63,620 nt of DNA from Candidatus Kerfeldbacteria bacterium (GTDB taxonomy: Bacteria; Patescibacteriota; Patescibacteriia; SBBC01; CAIJZX01). Shown one piece after another: positions 36,872 to 45,977 of this stretch. The translations under genes were made by a program, and so were the position numbers. The notes beneath the pieces are model-generated. The model did no database searches. It saw only the letters and a program-made list of their open reading frames with translations, and was not told the origin of the DNA. The DNA is taken from NCBI GenBank assembly GCA_903825245.1, contig CAIJZX010000032.1, positions 1-63,620 of the forward strand. Direction: 5' to 3'. Every line of letters begins with the position of its first letter. The stretch's first letter is position 1.

Positions 36872-37020
36872 AGTTTTCCCCGCTCTTCTCACTATCTGTT
36901 CACTGGTCGTCTGTGTGAAGTAATGTGCTTTTTCCTTAATGCTACCAGTGTGCTCATAGTTTTCCCCGCTCTCCACACCCCTTATTACTATTATTAATTT
37001 AATTATACATTTATATACCG
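36872..37020. other. dnaA-dnaN spacer: 15-mer direct repeat plus AT-rich stretch (candidate DUE/oriC part)
   Basis: AGTTTTCCCCGCTCT at 36872-36886 and 36958-36972; AT-rich 36981-37020. Confidence 0.5.
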
Positions 37021-37021
37021 T

Positions 37022-38125
37022 ATGAAATTCACGTGCACACAGGAAAATCTTTCACACGGGTTATCGGCTGTCAGCCGCGTCGCAAGCAAGAGCGCCGTGC
37101 TAGCGATTTTGAATAATGTTTTGCTAGTAGCAGAAAACGGTCAGGTACAACTCCAAACAACTAACCTTGAACTAGCGATCATTGTTACTATCCGCGCAAA
37201 AGTAGAGACACCGGGGCGCTATACGGTTCCATCAAGACTCTTAACCGACTTTATTTCACTCCTCGGAAACGAGCGGGTGACACTTGAACAAACGCCGGCG
37301 GGTCTGCACATTGTTTCTGGTCACACCCAAACAACCATTAAAGGAACCCCTGCAGACGACTTCCCGGTTCTTCCAACACATGACGCCCCGACCGAAACAA
37401 CCCTTCCTGCGGCCACCCTTCGTCATGCCCTGGAGGGCGTAATCTTTGCTGCCGCGAACGACGAATCGCGCCCAGAAATTTCTGGCACCCTGATGGTCAT
37501 ACAAGAAAAACACTGCACACTTGTCGCCACAGACAGTTATCGCCTGGCCGAGAACAAGATTTCCACACTAACCAGCGTTTCAGGAGAACACAAAGCAATC
37601 ATACCGTCTCGCACCGCCCAAGAGGTGTTACGTCTGCTCCCAGACGACGAAACCGTGGTAAGGGTTTTGCTTGGGGACGACCAGGCGCGATTTTTATTGC
37701 CAGACACAGAAATTGTTTCCCGGGTTATTGAGGGGCAATACCCAGATTATCAACAAATTATCCCCACGGCGTGGCAGACGAAGATGGTGTGTGATCGCGA
37801 AGAACTCATAAAGAACATTCGGGCCGCCAGCCTGTTTTGTAAGGCCGGTATTAATGATTTATCTATCGCCATTGATCAAAAAGAAAAACAACTAAAACTC
37901 AGCGCAGCCAACACACAACTCGGCGAACACGTGGCGACTGTTCCAGCAGAAATCGATGGCGAGTCGATGAGTGTAGTGTTTAATTTTCGATACATTCTTG
38001 ACGGTCTACAAAGCCTCGGTGGAAAAAACATCTCAGTTGAATTTCAAGACCAAAACACCCCCGGCGTTATGCGAAGTCCGGAAAGAAAAGACGCGCTCTA
38101 TTTGCTTATGCCGATTCGTCAATAA
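37022..38125 (+). CDS. dnaN: DNA polymerase III beta sliding clamp
   Basis: Three-domain clamp, 367 aa, MKF.C....L; dnaA-dnaN synteny. Confidence 0.95.
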   Translation: MKFTCTQENLSHGLSAVSRVASKSAVLAILNNVLLVAENGQVQLQTTNLELAIIVTIRAKVETPGRYTVPSRLLTDFISLLGNERVTLEQTPAGLHIVSGHTQTTIKGTPADDFPVLPTHDAPTETTLPAATLRHALEGVIFAAANDESRPEISGTLMVIQEKHCTLVATDSYRLAENKISTLTSVSGEHKAIIPSRTAQEVLRLLPDDETVVRVLLGDDQARFLLPDTEIVSRVIEGQYPDYQQIIPTAWQTKMVCDREELIKNIRAASLFCKAGINDLSIAIDQKEKQLKLSAANTQLGEHVATVPAEIDGESMSVVFNFRYILDGLQSLGGKNISVEFQDQNTPGVMRSPERKDALYLLMPIRQ

Positions 38126-38436
38126 TGGACTCTGTCGGTAAACTTCTTCAGCATACCGGGCCTGATCAAGCAACACACACGGCCGCCCTTGTTGTGGCTA
38201 CGGTAAATGCCGTACTACAGGAACGAGTGGGTGTACTGGTGCGCGACGCGCGAGCCACAAGTTTCCAACAAGGCACGATTCGGATTCATGTTTCACACGG
38301 AGCGGTGGCTGGACAACTCAACCAGCGAGCAGAGGAGATTCTAGAGCTCTGCAATAACAGCCTGGCACGTCTTGGTGCCAGCCGTTTTCGTATACAGCGC
38401 ATTCAAACCAGAGTTACGGGGCTACCGCCACAGTAA
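38125..38436 (+). CDS. DUF721 (DciA-like) protein
   Basis: About 100 aa; pattern ...A...SF..GT..I.V.....A..L......IL...N; position after dnaN. Confidence 0.5.
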   Translation: MDSVGKLLQHTGPDQATHTAALVVATVNAVLQERVGVLVRDARATSFQQGTIRIHVSHGAVAGQLNQRAEEILELCNNSLARLGASRFRIQRIQTRVTGLPPQ

Positions 38437-41296
38437 CCGTATCACTTGTGGTCACGTGACCCTTAGCGCTCTTCATGGTCGCGAGAAGCTGGTACTGGCC
38501 CGGAGCGGTTGTCGGCCAGGAAAAGGTGATTGTTTTATCGGCCGGCGAATTCACCGAGTCGAGGACGGCGGTTGTGCCGTCGGTGTTTTTTGTTAACAAC
38601 GTAACATTTGCTACGCCGTCAGGATCACTCGCAATAACCGTCACGCTTCGCGGAAAACTCGACGCGGCCAAAGATGTTTTTGGAGCGGGCGAAGAAATAT
38701 AGACCGTCGGAACCGATCCGGGCAGAACATTTATCTGTACCGAAGCAGCCGCGGTGGCGCCAGTACTGTCGGTGGCCGTAGCGCCGATGGTGTGAAAACC
38801 GCTCGTCGCGGCCGACAAATCGAGGGTGACAGAAAAAGGCGCAGACGTGCTCGTCGAAACGGGAGCATTGTCTAGGGAATATACCACGCTGGTAATAGAC
38901 GACGAACTGGAGGCCTGTACACTAACAGGTACGCTGCCGGGCGTAATCGTGGTATTTTCGGCCGGCGCAGTGAACGACACCGACACAACGGAACTTCCAG
39001 CGCGCAACGAGCAGGATTCAAATCCTGGACTTTTAGCTACGTAGCCATTCTTTGTTGCCCAGGCTTGCACGGGCGCCTCCCAGCGTGTATACATTGGGTC
39101 GGTTGTGGGGTCGGTTGGCTGTGCGCCGTTGGGATCATCTTTGTTAACGTAGTACAAAATATCGTGAACCTCTTTGACTACCACCTGTTTAATGTTTGCT
39201 GCCGGCCAGCTCGCTAAACAACTATCAGGAATTTGCTTTCCAGTTTCACTGTCGACAGAAATCGGTGTGTTGGCTGACAACTTTCCAAGAAGTACGGGTT
39301 TGGTGGACTTATTAGGGGTCGGTTTTGTAAATTTCTCAACCGGTTTTCCGGCTAACGCCCGCTCCATAAAGTTGTGCCAAATCGGTGCCGCCACCACGAC
39401 GCCGTCAGAACCAGCCTTCATGGCGGAGTTATCGTTATTGCCAACCCATACACCGGCGGCGAGCGACGGTGTAAAGCCCATTGTCCAGCCATCCCGGTCA
39501 TCGTTTGTGGTGCCTGTTTTAGCGGCTACCGGACGGTTGCTGAGGGTAAGGTTGTTCTTCGTGCCAAAGACAAAGGCGCGGGCGCTATTGTCGCTCATTA
39601 TATCTTCCAACTCATGGACGGCGTTTGCATCAACAGCGCGCGTTGGTTTGGGGGTATACTGTTCCATAAGTTTCCCGTTCTTATCCTCGACGCGTAAAAC
39701 CATGGTGACCGGATTTCGCATGCCGTCATTTGCTAGCGCTGCAAAAGCACCAACGTGCTCGGTTAACGTGACCCCTCCCCCGCCGATCGCTAGGGCGAGA
39801 CCAACCTTCGAGCTATCAATGGTGGTGTACCCAAGTTGGCTGGCCATAGTTAAAACATTTGGGATGCCAGCAAGGTAGAGGGTTTTTACGGCGGGGATAT
39901 TCAACGATCCAGCGAGTGTTTGCCGCATCGTTAGTGGACCATGCTCTTTGAGGTCGTAATTATTTGGAATAAAATCCTTTCCTGAACCATCCGGTCCGAA
40001 GTTTGTTTTCAAATCAAACAACAGGGTGTCGGGAGAATATCCTTTGGTAAATGCGGTTAAGTAGACGATAGGCTTGAACGATGATCCGGGGTTTCTTATG
40101 GCTGTGGCTACATTGAAATTCCCATCATGTGCCGTGTCAAAGAAATCAACCGATCCAACCATGGCCAGCACCTCGCCCGTTTTTGGGTCGCTCGCCACCA
40201 AAGCCGCATTAGAGGCCTTATACTTTACGTTTTTTGCTGCACCCGCCACCACCTCTTCCTCGGCAATTTTTTGTAGGGCCGGATCGAGCGTTGTTACTAC
40301 TCGGAGACCGCCGCCCTCGACAAGCGCCTCACCATATTTTTGCACCAACTGGTCACGCACTGTAAAAACAAAATGGGGCGCCGTTATCGAATCACGAACA
40401 GGGCTTACTTGAGCAAGAACATCAATCGCCTTGGCGGCATCGGCCTGCGTCTGGGAAATATACCCATTTTTTACCATCTCACTGAGCACGAGGTGTTGTC
40501 GATCGAGCAAAGCCTGGCGGTGGATACCATTCGGGGAATAGTATGTTGGCGCCTGGACAACGGCCGCCATGACCGCGCTTTCAGCTAGATCAAGATCTTT
40601 AGCGTGCTTTCCAAAATACGCCTCGGACGCCGCCTCAATACCGTAGTTGCTGGCACCATAAGGAATATCATTAAAGTACATCTGAAGAATTTGATCTTTT
40701 GAGAAGCGTTGCTCGATTTGGTATGACAGAATAATTTCTTTCACTTTGCGAATGTAGGATTTGTCGGTTGTTAGGATCGAGTTTTTTACGAGCTGTTGGG
40801 TGAGTGTTGATCCGCCCTGAGCCTTGCTTCCCGACAACACATCAACCACGACCGCGCGCATAGTGCCCATGAGTGAAATCCCGCTGTGTTTGTAAAAACC
40901 CTTGTCTTCAATACTGATGGTTGCCTGTTTAATGTAGGTTGAAATATTGCTTAAACTAACCACCGTTCGTCGTTGGTCGCCGTGAATCTCATATAACAAC
41001 GTTGAGCCATCACGGGCGTAAATTTCTGTGCTTTGGGCCACGACACGGTTGTTGATTTTATTCGGGTCGGGTAAGTCCTGGGACACCCAAGCGACCAAGG
41101 CCACCGCCGAAACGGCACCAAGGAGTATCACGGTAACACCAATCTGAAGAACGATTCGCCGCCAACGGTGTTGGCGGGGTGGTCGGCCGGGGAATTGGCG
41201 GCGCGGAGTGGCTGGTTCGGGGGTGACCCGCCGGGTGGTGTCTGTAGCCGGATGACGGCGTTTCGGGGTAATAATCGACATAGGGTATGCTGTCAT
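38414..41296 (-). CDS. Class A penicillin-binding protein (GT51 transglycosylase plus transpeptidase) with C-terminal Ig-like repeats
   Basis: EDKGFYKHSG, GGSTLTQQ, RKVKE (GT51); SSFKP, SLN, KTGTT (transpeptidase). Confidence 0.92.
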   Translation of the reverse strand: MTAYPMSIITPKRRHPATDTTRRVTPEPATPRRQFPGRPPRQHRWRRIVLQIGVTVILLGAVSAVALVAWVSQDLPDPNKINNRVVAQSTEIYARDGSTLLYEIHGDQRRTVVSLSNISTYIKQATISIEDKGFYKHSGISLMGTMRAVVVDVLSGSKAQGGSTLTQQLVKNSILTTDKSYIRKVKEIILSYQIEQRFSKDQILQMYFNDIPYGASNYGIEAASEAYFGKHAKDLDLAESAVMAAVVQAPTYYSPNGIHRQALLDRQHLVLSEMVKNGYISQTQADAAKAIDVLAQVSPVRDSITAPHFVFTVRDQLVQKYGEALVEGGGLRVVTTLDPALQKIAEEEVVAGAAKNVKYKASNAALVASDPKTGEVLAMVGSVDFFDTAHDGNFNVATAIRNPGSSFKPIVYLTAFTKGYSPDTLLFDLKTNFGPDGSGKDFIPNNYDLKEHGPLTMRQTLAGSLNIPAVKTLYLAGIPNVLTMASQLGYTTIDSSKVGLALAIGGGGVTLTEHVGAFAALANDGMRNPVTMVLRVEDKNGKLMEQYTPKPTRAVDANAVHELEDIMSDNSARAFVFGTKNNLTLSNRPVAAKTGTTNDDRDGWTMGFTPSLAAGVWVGNNDNSAMKAGSDGVVVAAPIWHNFMERALAGKPVEKFTKPTPNKSTKPVLLGKLSANTPISVDSETGKQIPDSCLASWPAANIKQVVVKEVHDILYYVNKDDPNGAQPTDPTTDPMYTRWEAPVQAWATKNGYVAKSPGFESCSLRAGSSVVSVSFTAPAENTTITPGSVPVSVQASSSSSITSVVYSLDNAPVSTSTSAPFSVTLDLSAATSGFHTIGATATDSTGATAAASVQINVLPGSVPTVYISSPAPKTSLAASSFPRSVTVIASDPDGVANVTLLTKNTDGTTAVLDSVNSPADKTITFSWPTTAPGQYQLLATMKSAKGHVTTSDTVTVAVAP

Positions 41297-41335
41297 CCTA
41301 CGGTTTTTCTGCTATACTTTCAAGCCTAGACCCTT

Positions 41336-42535
41336 ATGGCCCTCTCAAACCAGTCACTTGACCTGCTCGAACGCGGGGTTTCCGAAGTTATTGAACACCG
41401 CAGTCTCGAGGCGAAGCTTGGGCGTCGAAAGCCGTTGCGGATAAAATTTGGCATTGACGCTACCGGGTACCAGCTCCACCTCGGTCACGTGGTGCCGTTG
41501 CGCAAACTGCGCGCCTGGCAAGAGGCGGGTCACCAGGCAGTACTTATCATTGGTGATTACACCGCACAAGTTGGCGACCCAAGTGGTCGGGACAAAAGCA
41601 GGAGCAGCTTAAGCGCGGAACAAACGAAAAAATTCGCTACCTCATACCTTGAGCAAGCGGGGCACGTCATTGATATTCACAAGACGGAGGTTCATTATAA
41701 TAGCGAGTGGTTTAATCGGTTTACAGCCGCAGATTTTTTACGACTCATGACGTCGGTGGGTGCAAATCAACTCTTAACTCATGAAACATTTCGACGACGA
41801 CTTGATAAAGGACTACCACTTGGTCTTCATGAGCTTATGTATCCACTTCTGCAAGGGTATGACTCGGTGATGGTAAAAGCCGACGTTGAGCTCGGGGGTA
41901 TGGATCAAAAATTTAGCCTCCTTACCGGGCGCGATGTGCAAACGGCATACGGTCAGGACAAACAGGACGTTATGTTGTTTGACTACCTACTCGGCACCGA
42001 CGGCAAAGAAAAAATGAGCAAAAGTATTGGCAACATCATTGCGGTTGAGGATTCGGCCGTTGATATGTTTGGAAAAACCATGTCGATCCCCGATAAACTC
42101 CTTCTTGACTACTTCACATTGGCAACCGACACGGACACAAACACCCTAACCACTATTCGGGCGGAGCTGAAAAAGAAAACAACTAACCCTCGAGATATAA
42201 AAATTCGGCTGGCAAAAGCAATTGTTGAGCTCTATCACGGTTCACAGGCCGCAACCGAAGCAGGGTTTGAATTCGCCCACGTCTTTCAGAAAAAGGGCCA
42301 ACCAACGAGTATGGAAGTGGTTGAGGTGCGACCAGGTGAACACTCCATCCTCAATTTGTTGGTGAGCCATCACCTGGCGGGAACTCGTTCTGAGGCGCGA
42401 CGCCTCGTGGAACAGGGCGGAGTAAAAATAGATCAACGAAAAATTACCGACTGGGAACAACCGGTGGTGGCAATTAATGGCGCCGTCCTACAGGTTGGAA
42501 AACGAAAGTTCGTTAGACTTTCGGTTCGTTCGTAA
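41336..42535 (+). CDS. tyrS: Tyrosine--tRNA ligase
   Basis: HLGH, KMSKS, C-terminal S4-like domain. Confidence 0.92.
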   Translation: MALSNQSLDLLERGVSEVIEHRSLEAKLGRRKPLRIKFGIDATGYQLHLGHVVPLRKLRAWQEAGHQAVLIIGDYTAQVGDPSGRDKSRSSLSAEQTKKFATSYLEQAGHVIDIHKTEVHYNSEWFNRFTAADFLRLMTSVGANQLLTHETFRRRLDKGLPLGLHELMYPLLQGYDSVMVKADVELGGMDQKFSLLTGRDVQTAYGQDKQDVMLFDYLLGTDGKEKMSKSIGNIIAVEDSAVDMFGKTMSIPDKLLLDYFTLATDTDTNTLTTIRAELKKKTTNPRDIKIRLAKAIVELYHGSQAATEAGFEFAHVFQKKGQPTSMEVVEVRPGEHSILNLLVSHHLAGTRSEARRLVEQGGVKIDQRKITDWEQPVVAINGAVLQVGKRKFVRLSVRS

Positions 42536-43508
42536 ACGCCGGTCGATAGAACAGTGCAGCCTCTTCCGGCGGCACCGTGTTTACGACGAGTCGTGACCCA
42601 AGCTCAACGCCAGCCCAGACATCTCGACGTGGGGCAACCCGAAGGTACATGTGTTCGCCGCGGTCGCCGACGACCTGGTGCAGGTAGTAGTTGTATGGTA
42701 AGTGTAACTCGCCCACCTTCATCAGGATTGTTTTGAGGTAGTGCGCCATTTCCTTAATTTCGCCGTCTGAGAGAAGTCCAATATTGTCGACACGTCGCCA
42801 GGGCATAATCCATGCTTCGTAGTTGTATAGCGAGGCGTAGGGCGCTAGGGCGCACACGTGCTTGCCGGACGCGATCCATCGCGGACCATTTTCTTCGCCG
42901 ATAAGTAAGTCGCTGTAATAATCGCGATTGTGTTGGATACGATACTCTTCAGCGCGTTCCCGACGGGTAATAATGTGCGGCGGAACGTATTGTGAGGCAA
43001 AAATCTGGGAGTGGGCGTGATTAATCGAGGCGCCGGCACTTCCACCGTTGTTCTTAAAAATTAAGATGTAGCGGATTTTTTTATCGCGCTGGAGTTGACG
43101 CATGCGCTTGCCGTAGACACGAAGCAGGTCGGCAATGTGTTCTTCCGGCAGGGTCGAAAGCTCAACGCCATACTTTGGTGTTTCCACTACCACCTCTTGG
43201 TAGCCATATGCCTTAGGATTTTCCGGAGTAACGACTGGAAAAATATTTTTTATCACCTTGATGCGCCATGATTTTTGGCCACCGACCGTCAAGAGCGCTT
43301 TTACGCCACGCAGATTTTCTGTAGAGAAAACATCCTTTGCTGGGGTGGCGCTGGATGCGGTGGCCTCAAAATTTGGGTTCACCGTATCGTGCGGACGCCG
43401 ATTACGACCAGGTGCAATAATTACCTGCCGGTCGTGAACATAGTCTTCACGGATTTCAGCTTGCGGCGTTGGTGGAACCTCAAGTTTCGATGTAGGATTT
43501 TCTGGCAT
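42513..43508 (-). CDS. GalT-family (HIT superfamily) hexose-1-phosphate nucleotidyltransferase-like protein
   Basis: HxHxQ motif INHAHSQIF; two half-barrel repeats; no N-terminal Cys zinc motif. Confidence 0.65.
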   Translation of the reverse strand: MPENPTSKLEVPPTPQAEIREDYVHDRQVIIAPGRNRRPHDTVNPNFEATASSATPAKDVFSTENLRGVKALLTVGGQKSWRIKVIKNIFPVVTPENPKAYGYQEVVVETPKYGVELSTLPEEHIADLLRVYGKRMRQLQRDKKIRYILIFKNNGGSAGASINHAHSQIFASQYVPPHIITRRERAEEYRIQHNRDYYSDLLIGEENGPRWIASGKHVCALAPYASLYNYEAWIMPWRRVDNIGLLSDGEIKEMAHYLKTILMKVGELHLPYNYYLHQVVGDRGEHMYLRVAPRRDVWAGVELGSRLVVNTVPPEEAALFYRPAFTNEPKV

Positions 43509-44934
43509 ACGTATAGAGGTTACTATAGTCGCTGGCTGAACGCGCCCACGAGAAGTCTTCGGTCATATCTCGGGTACGCACAGCTTGTAGTTTATCGTGT
43601 TCGTGATAGAGACGCAATGCGGCAACAATAGTTGTTCGTAGTGCGCCGGCAATCGGGTCAGAAAAAACAAAACCGGTTCCGTCCGGATGAAGCGATGTGT
43701 CGCGGACAGTATCATGTAGCCCGCCCGTGTCGCGGACGATTGGAATGGCACCATAGCGCATAGCAATCATCTGCCCCAAGCCACACGGCTCGAATCGCGA
43801 TGGCATCAGAAAAAAATCACTGGCGGCATAAATCCGCTGAGCGAGCGCCGCATCAAACCGTAAAATTGTCTTACAAGCCGACGGAAATGCCTTGGTGGCG
43901 GAGACAACCAACTCTTCGACCTCAGGTACGCCGCTACCAAGGATGACCACTTGGCCGCCAGCGTTAACGATATCGCCAATAACACTAGCCACCAAGTCGA
44001 CGCCCTTTTGCGAGGTGAGTCGACCAACAAGCCCAAAGAGCGGCCCATCGCTATCTGGTAATCCAAGTTCTTTTCGAAGTGCGCGCTTGTTGATGAGTTT
44101 GCCAACGACGGCGGTCGAGGCAGAATATTGGGCTGGAATTCGCGAGTCCGTTTCCGGATTAAATACTGCCACGTCAATTCCATTCACAATCCCCCGCATA
44201 CCGTCCGGCCGGGACTGAATATCGCGCTCAAGTCCGGCGCCGTATAGCGGAGACAGCACCTCAATCGCGTATTGCGGACTAACGGTAGTGACGACGGTGG
44301 CGGTACGGATACCCGACTGGAGGGCGTTGAGGTTATTATCAACATCGCGAAACTCAAGCCCCGGAACCTCGTGGCCGGTAAGCCCGAGCCAAGAAAAAAC
44401 CTCTTCCGCCCGCCAGCGTCCCTGGCTTTCCATGTTGTGGATCGTGAGCATGGTCGGAAGGCGCACCTTTTTGACCGCCAGGAGCGCTGGTAACAAACCG
44501 GTGTGCCAATCATGGCAATGAATAACATTAATCGGCCAATTCAATAACGTGGCGCAGTGCGCGGCCGCCCACGAAAAAAACGTGTATCGCTCTTCAGCAA
44601 GCCGAATACCTTCGGGACCATTGTGTTCATAATAAATCGCGTCGCCCTCAAACAGTGTTGGCGTTTCCAGGAGGTATAATGTCGTCGCGGTTGGTAGTAA
44701 TGTCGATTCAATAACTTTCACCGGCACTTGTTGGCCGCGCCAAAGCACAACCGTTTCGACAACAATACGTTTTTCCGGTGCCCGGTCGGCGGTGATGACA
44801 CTGTATTTTGGCAACATGACGCGAACATCGTGACCTAATGCCGATAATGCGGACGGCAAAGCGCCAACAACGTCGGCCAAGCCACCGACCTTTATCAGTG
44901 GCGCCGCCTCAGATGCGACGAAGAGAATATTCAT
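43480..44934 (-). CDS. glgA: Glycogen/starch synthase (GT5), copy 1
   Basis: MNILFVASEAAPLIKVGGLADVV, HCHDWHT, PSRFEPCGL. Confidence 0.92.
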   Translation of the reverse strand: MNILFVASEAAPLIKVGGLADVVGALPSALSALGHDVRVMLPKYSVITADRAPEKRIVVETVVLWRGQQVPVKVIESTLLPTATTLYLLETPTLFEGDAIYYEHNGPEGIRLAEERYTFFSWAAAHCATLLNWPINVIHCHDWHTGLLPALLAVKKVRLPTMLTIHNMESQGRWRAEEVFSWLGLTGHEVPGLEFRDVDNNLNALQSGIRTATVVTTVSPQYAIEVLSPLYGAGLERDIQSRPDGMRGIVNGIDVAVFNPETDSRIPAQYSASTAVVGKLINKRALRKELGLPDSDGPLFGLVGRLTSQKGVDLVASVIGDIVNAGGQVVILGSGVPEVEELVVSATKAFPSACKTILRFDAALAQRIYAASDFFLMPSRFEPCGLGQMIAMRYGAIPIVRDTGGLHDTVRDTSLHPDGTGFVFSDPIAGALRTTIVAALRLYHEHDKLQAVRTRDMTEDFSWARSASDYSNLYTYARKSYIET

Positions 44935-45977
44935 GATTGTGTGAGGAGCTTAACAAGCACGTCAATTCGCTTGGTAAGAAGCTGACAGTAGGCTCGACCA
45001 GGATTATTGTCTTCGCCAAGCGTCTGAAGCGTGATGGAGAGAATATCAATTGCTGAACGCAACTCAAAAATCGGTACATCAGCTGCGGTTTTTCGCCAAG
45101 ACACCGCACCAATACTTTTTGCATAGCCCTGTAAAAAACGCTCGCGCCAATGCTGTACCCGCGATTCAGCCACACGGCCGTGGCACATGACTGCCAGGTG
45201 GGTGACAAACGTTCCAAGGTCAAACGCGGTTGGACCGACGCCGCTCAACGTAAAATCAATAATCCCAATAGCCGACCCAAGAATAATATTACTAGCCTGG
45301 AAGTCTTTATGGGTGAGCCCTGGCTGACGGCTCCACGCCAGTCTTTCATGGGTTTGTAAGACAGTAATTACTCGAGTCGCCCAAGTGCGGCGCGATGGTG
45401 ATCGACGCACAATGGCGGCGTGGCAGGTGCGTAGAAAATCTACCTCTTGGCGCCAATGTAATTGACGTAGCCCACGTGCTGGGGTGCAATGAAACGCAGC
45501 GAGTGAGCCGCCGATTGACTCGGCAATGGCCGGCCAACGCGACGACGTGAAGGCGAGTTGACGTAATGTTGACCCACTCGTTTCTTCATAGAGGATATAC
45601 CCGGGCGGTGTCAGATAATCGAGCGGACGCGGCGAACGAAAAACGTGTTTCGTTTGTGCGAGACGACGAAAGATGGCCGACGTTTGCTGATCGACAGTGT
45701 TTCCGCGAACATGGTGGACACGTTTTCCGTTGGGATACTGAACGGTGACATCAAATCGCGTTAGGTAGCTCGACGTGGAGAGCGTTGGTCGGTGTGTATA
45801 TCGGCAGCTAACAACACGCATTGCCCCGGGGAAGAACGCTTGTTCCCGGCGTGAAAAAAACCCTCGCATCGCTTCCGGCGAAGCCAGCGAAGTAAAAAAG
45901 CGTTGATGTGGCGCTGGCTGTAAGCCGGTGCTACGCGCTGGAGCCGGTGATGTCTGCTTTCTTAGCATTGAGTTCAA
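44931..45977 (-). CDS. Protein-kinase-like fold phosphotransferase (APH/maltokinase-like)
   Basis: Brenner motif LTHKDFQASNIIL, downstream IDF; start uncertain because it overlaps the GH57 3' end. Confidence 0.55.
   Translation of the reverse strand: MNSMLRKQTSPAPARSTGLQPAPHQRFFTSLASPEAMRGFFSRREQAFFPGAMRVVSCRYTHRPTLSTSSYLTRFDVTVQYPNGKRVHHVRGNTVDQQTSAIFRRLAQTKHVFRSPRPLDYLTPPGYILYEETSGSTLRQLAFTSSRWPAIAESIGGSLAAFHCTPARGLRQLHWRQEVDFLRTCHAAIVRRSPSRRTWATRVITVLQTHERLAWSRQPGLTHKDFQASNIILGSAIGIIDFTLSGVGPTAFDLGTFVTHLAVMCHGRVAESRVQHWRERFLQGYAKSIGAVSWRKTAADVPIFELRSAIDILSITLQTLGEDNNPGRAYCQLLTKRIDVLVKLLTQS

Noticed and set aside
39174-39878. 234-aa plus-strand ORF, and other long ORFs antisense to the PBP1A gene (38826-40588)
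   Set aside because: They lie entirely within a high-confidence minus-strand gene and are typical shadow ORFs.
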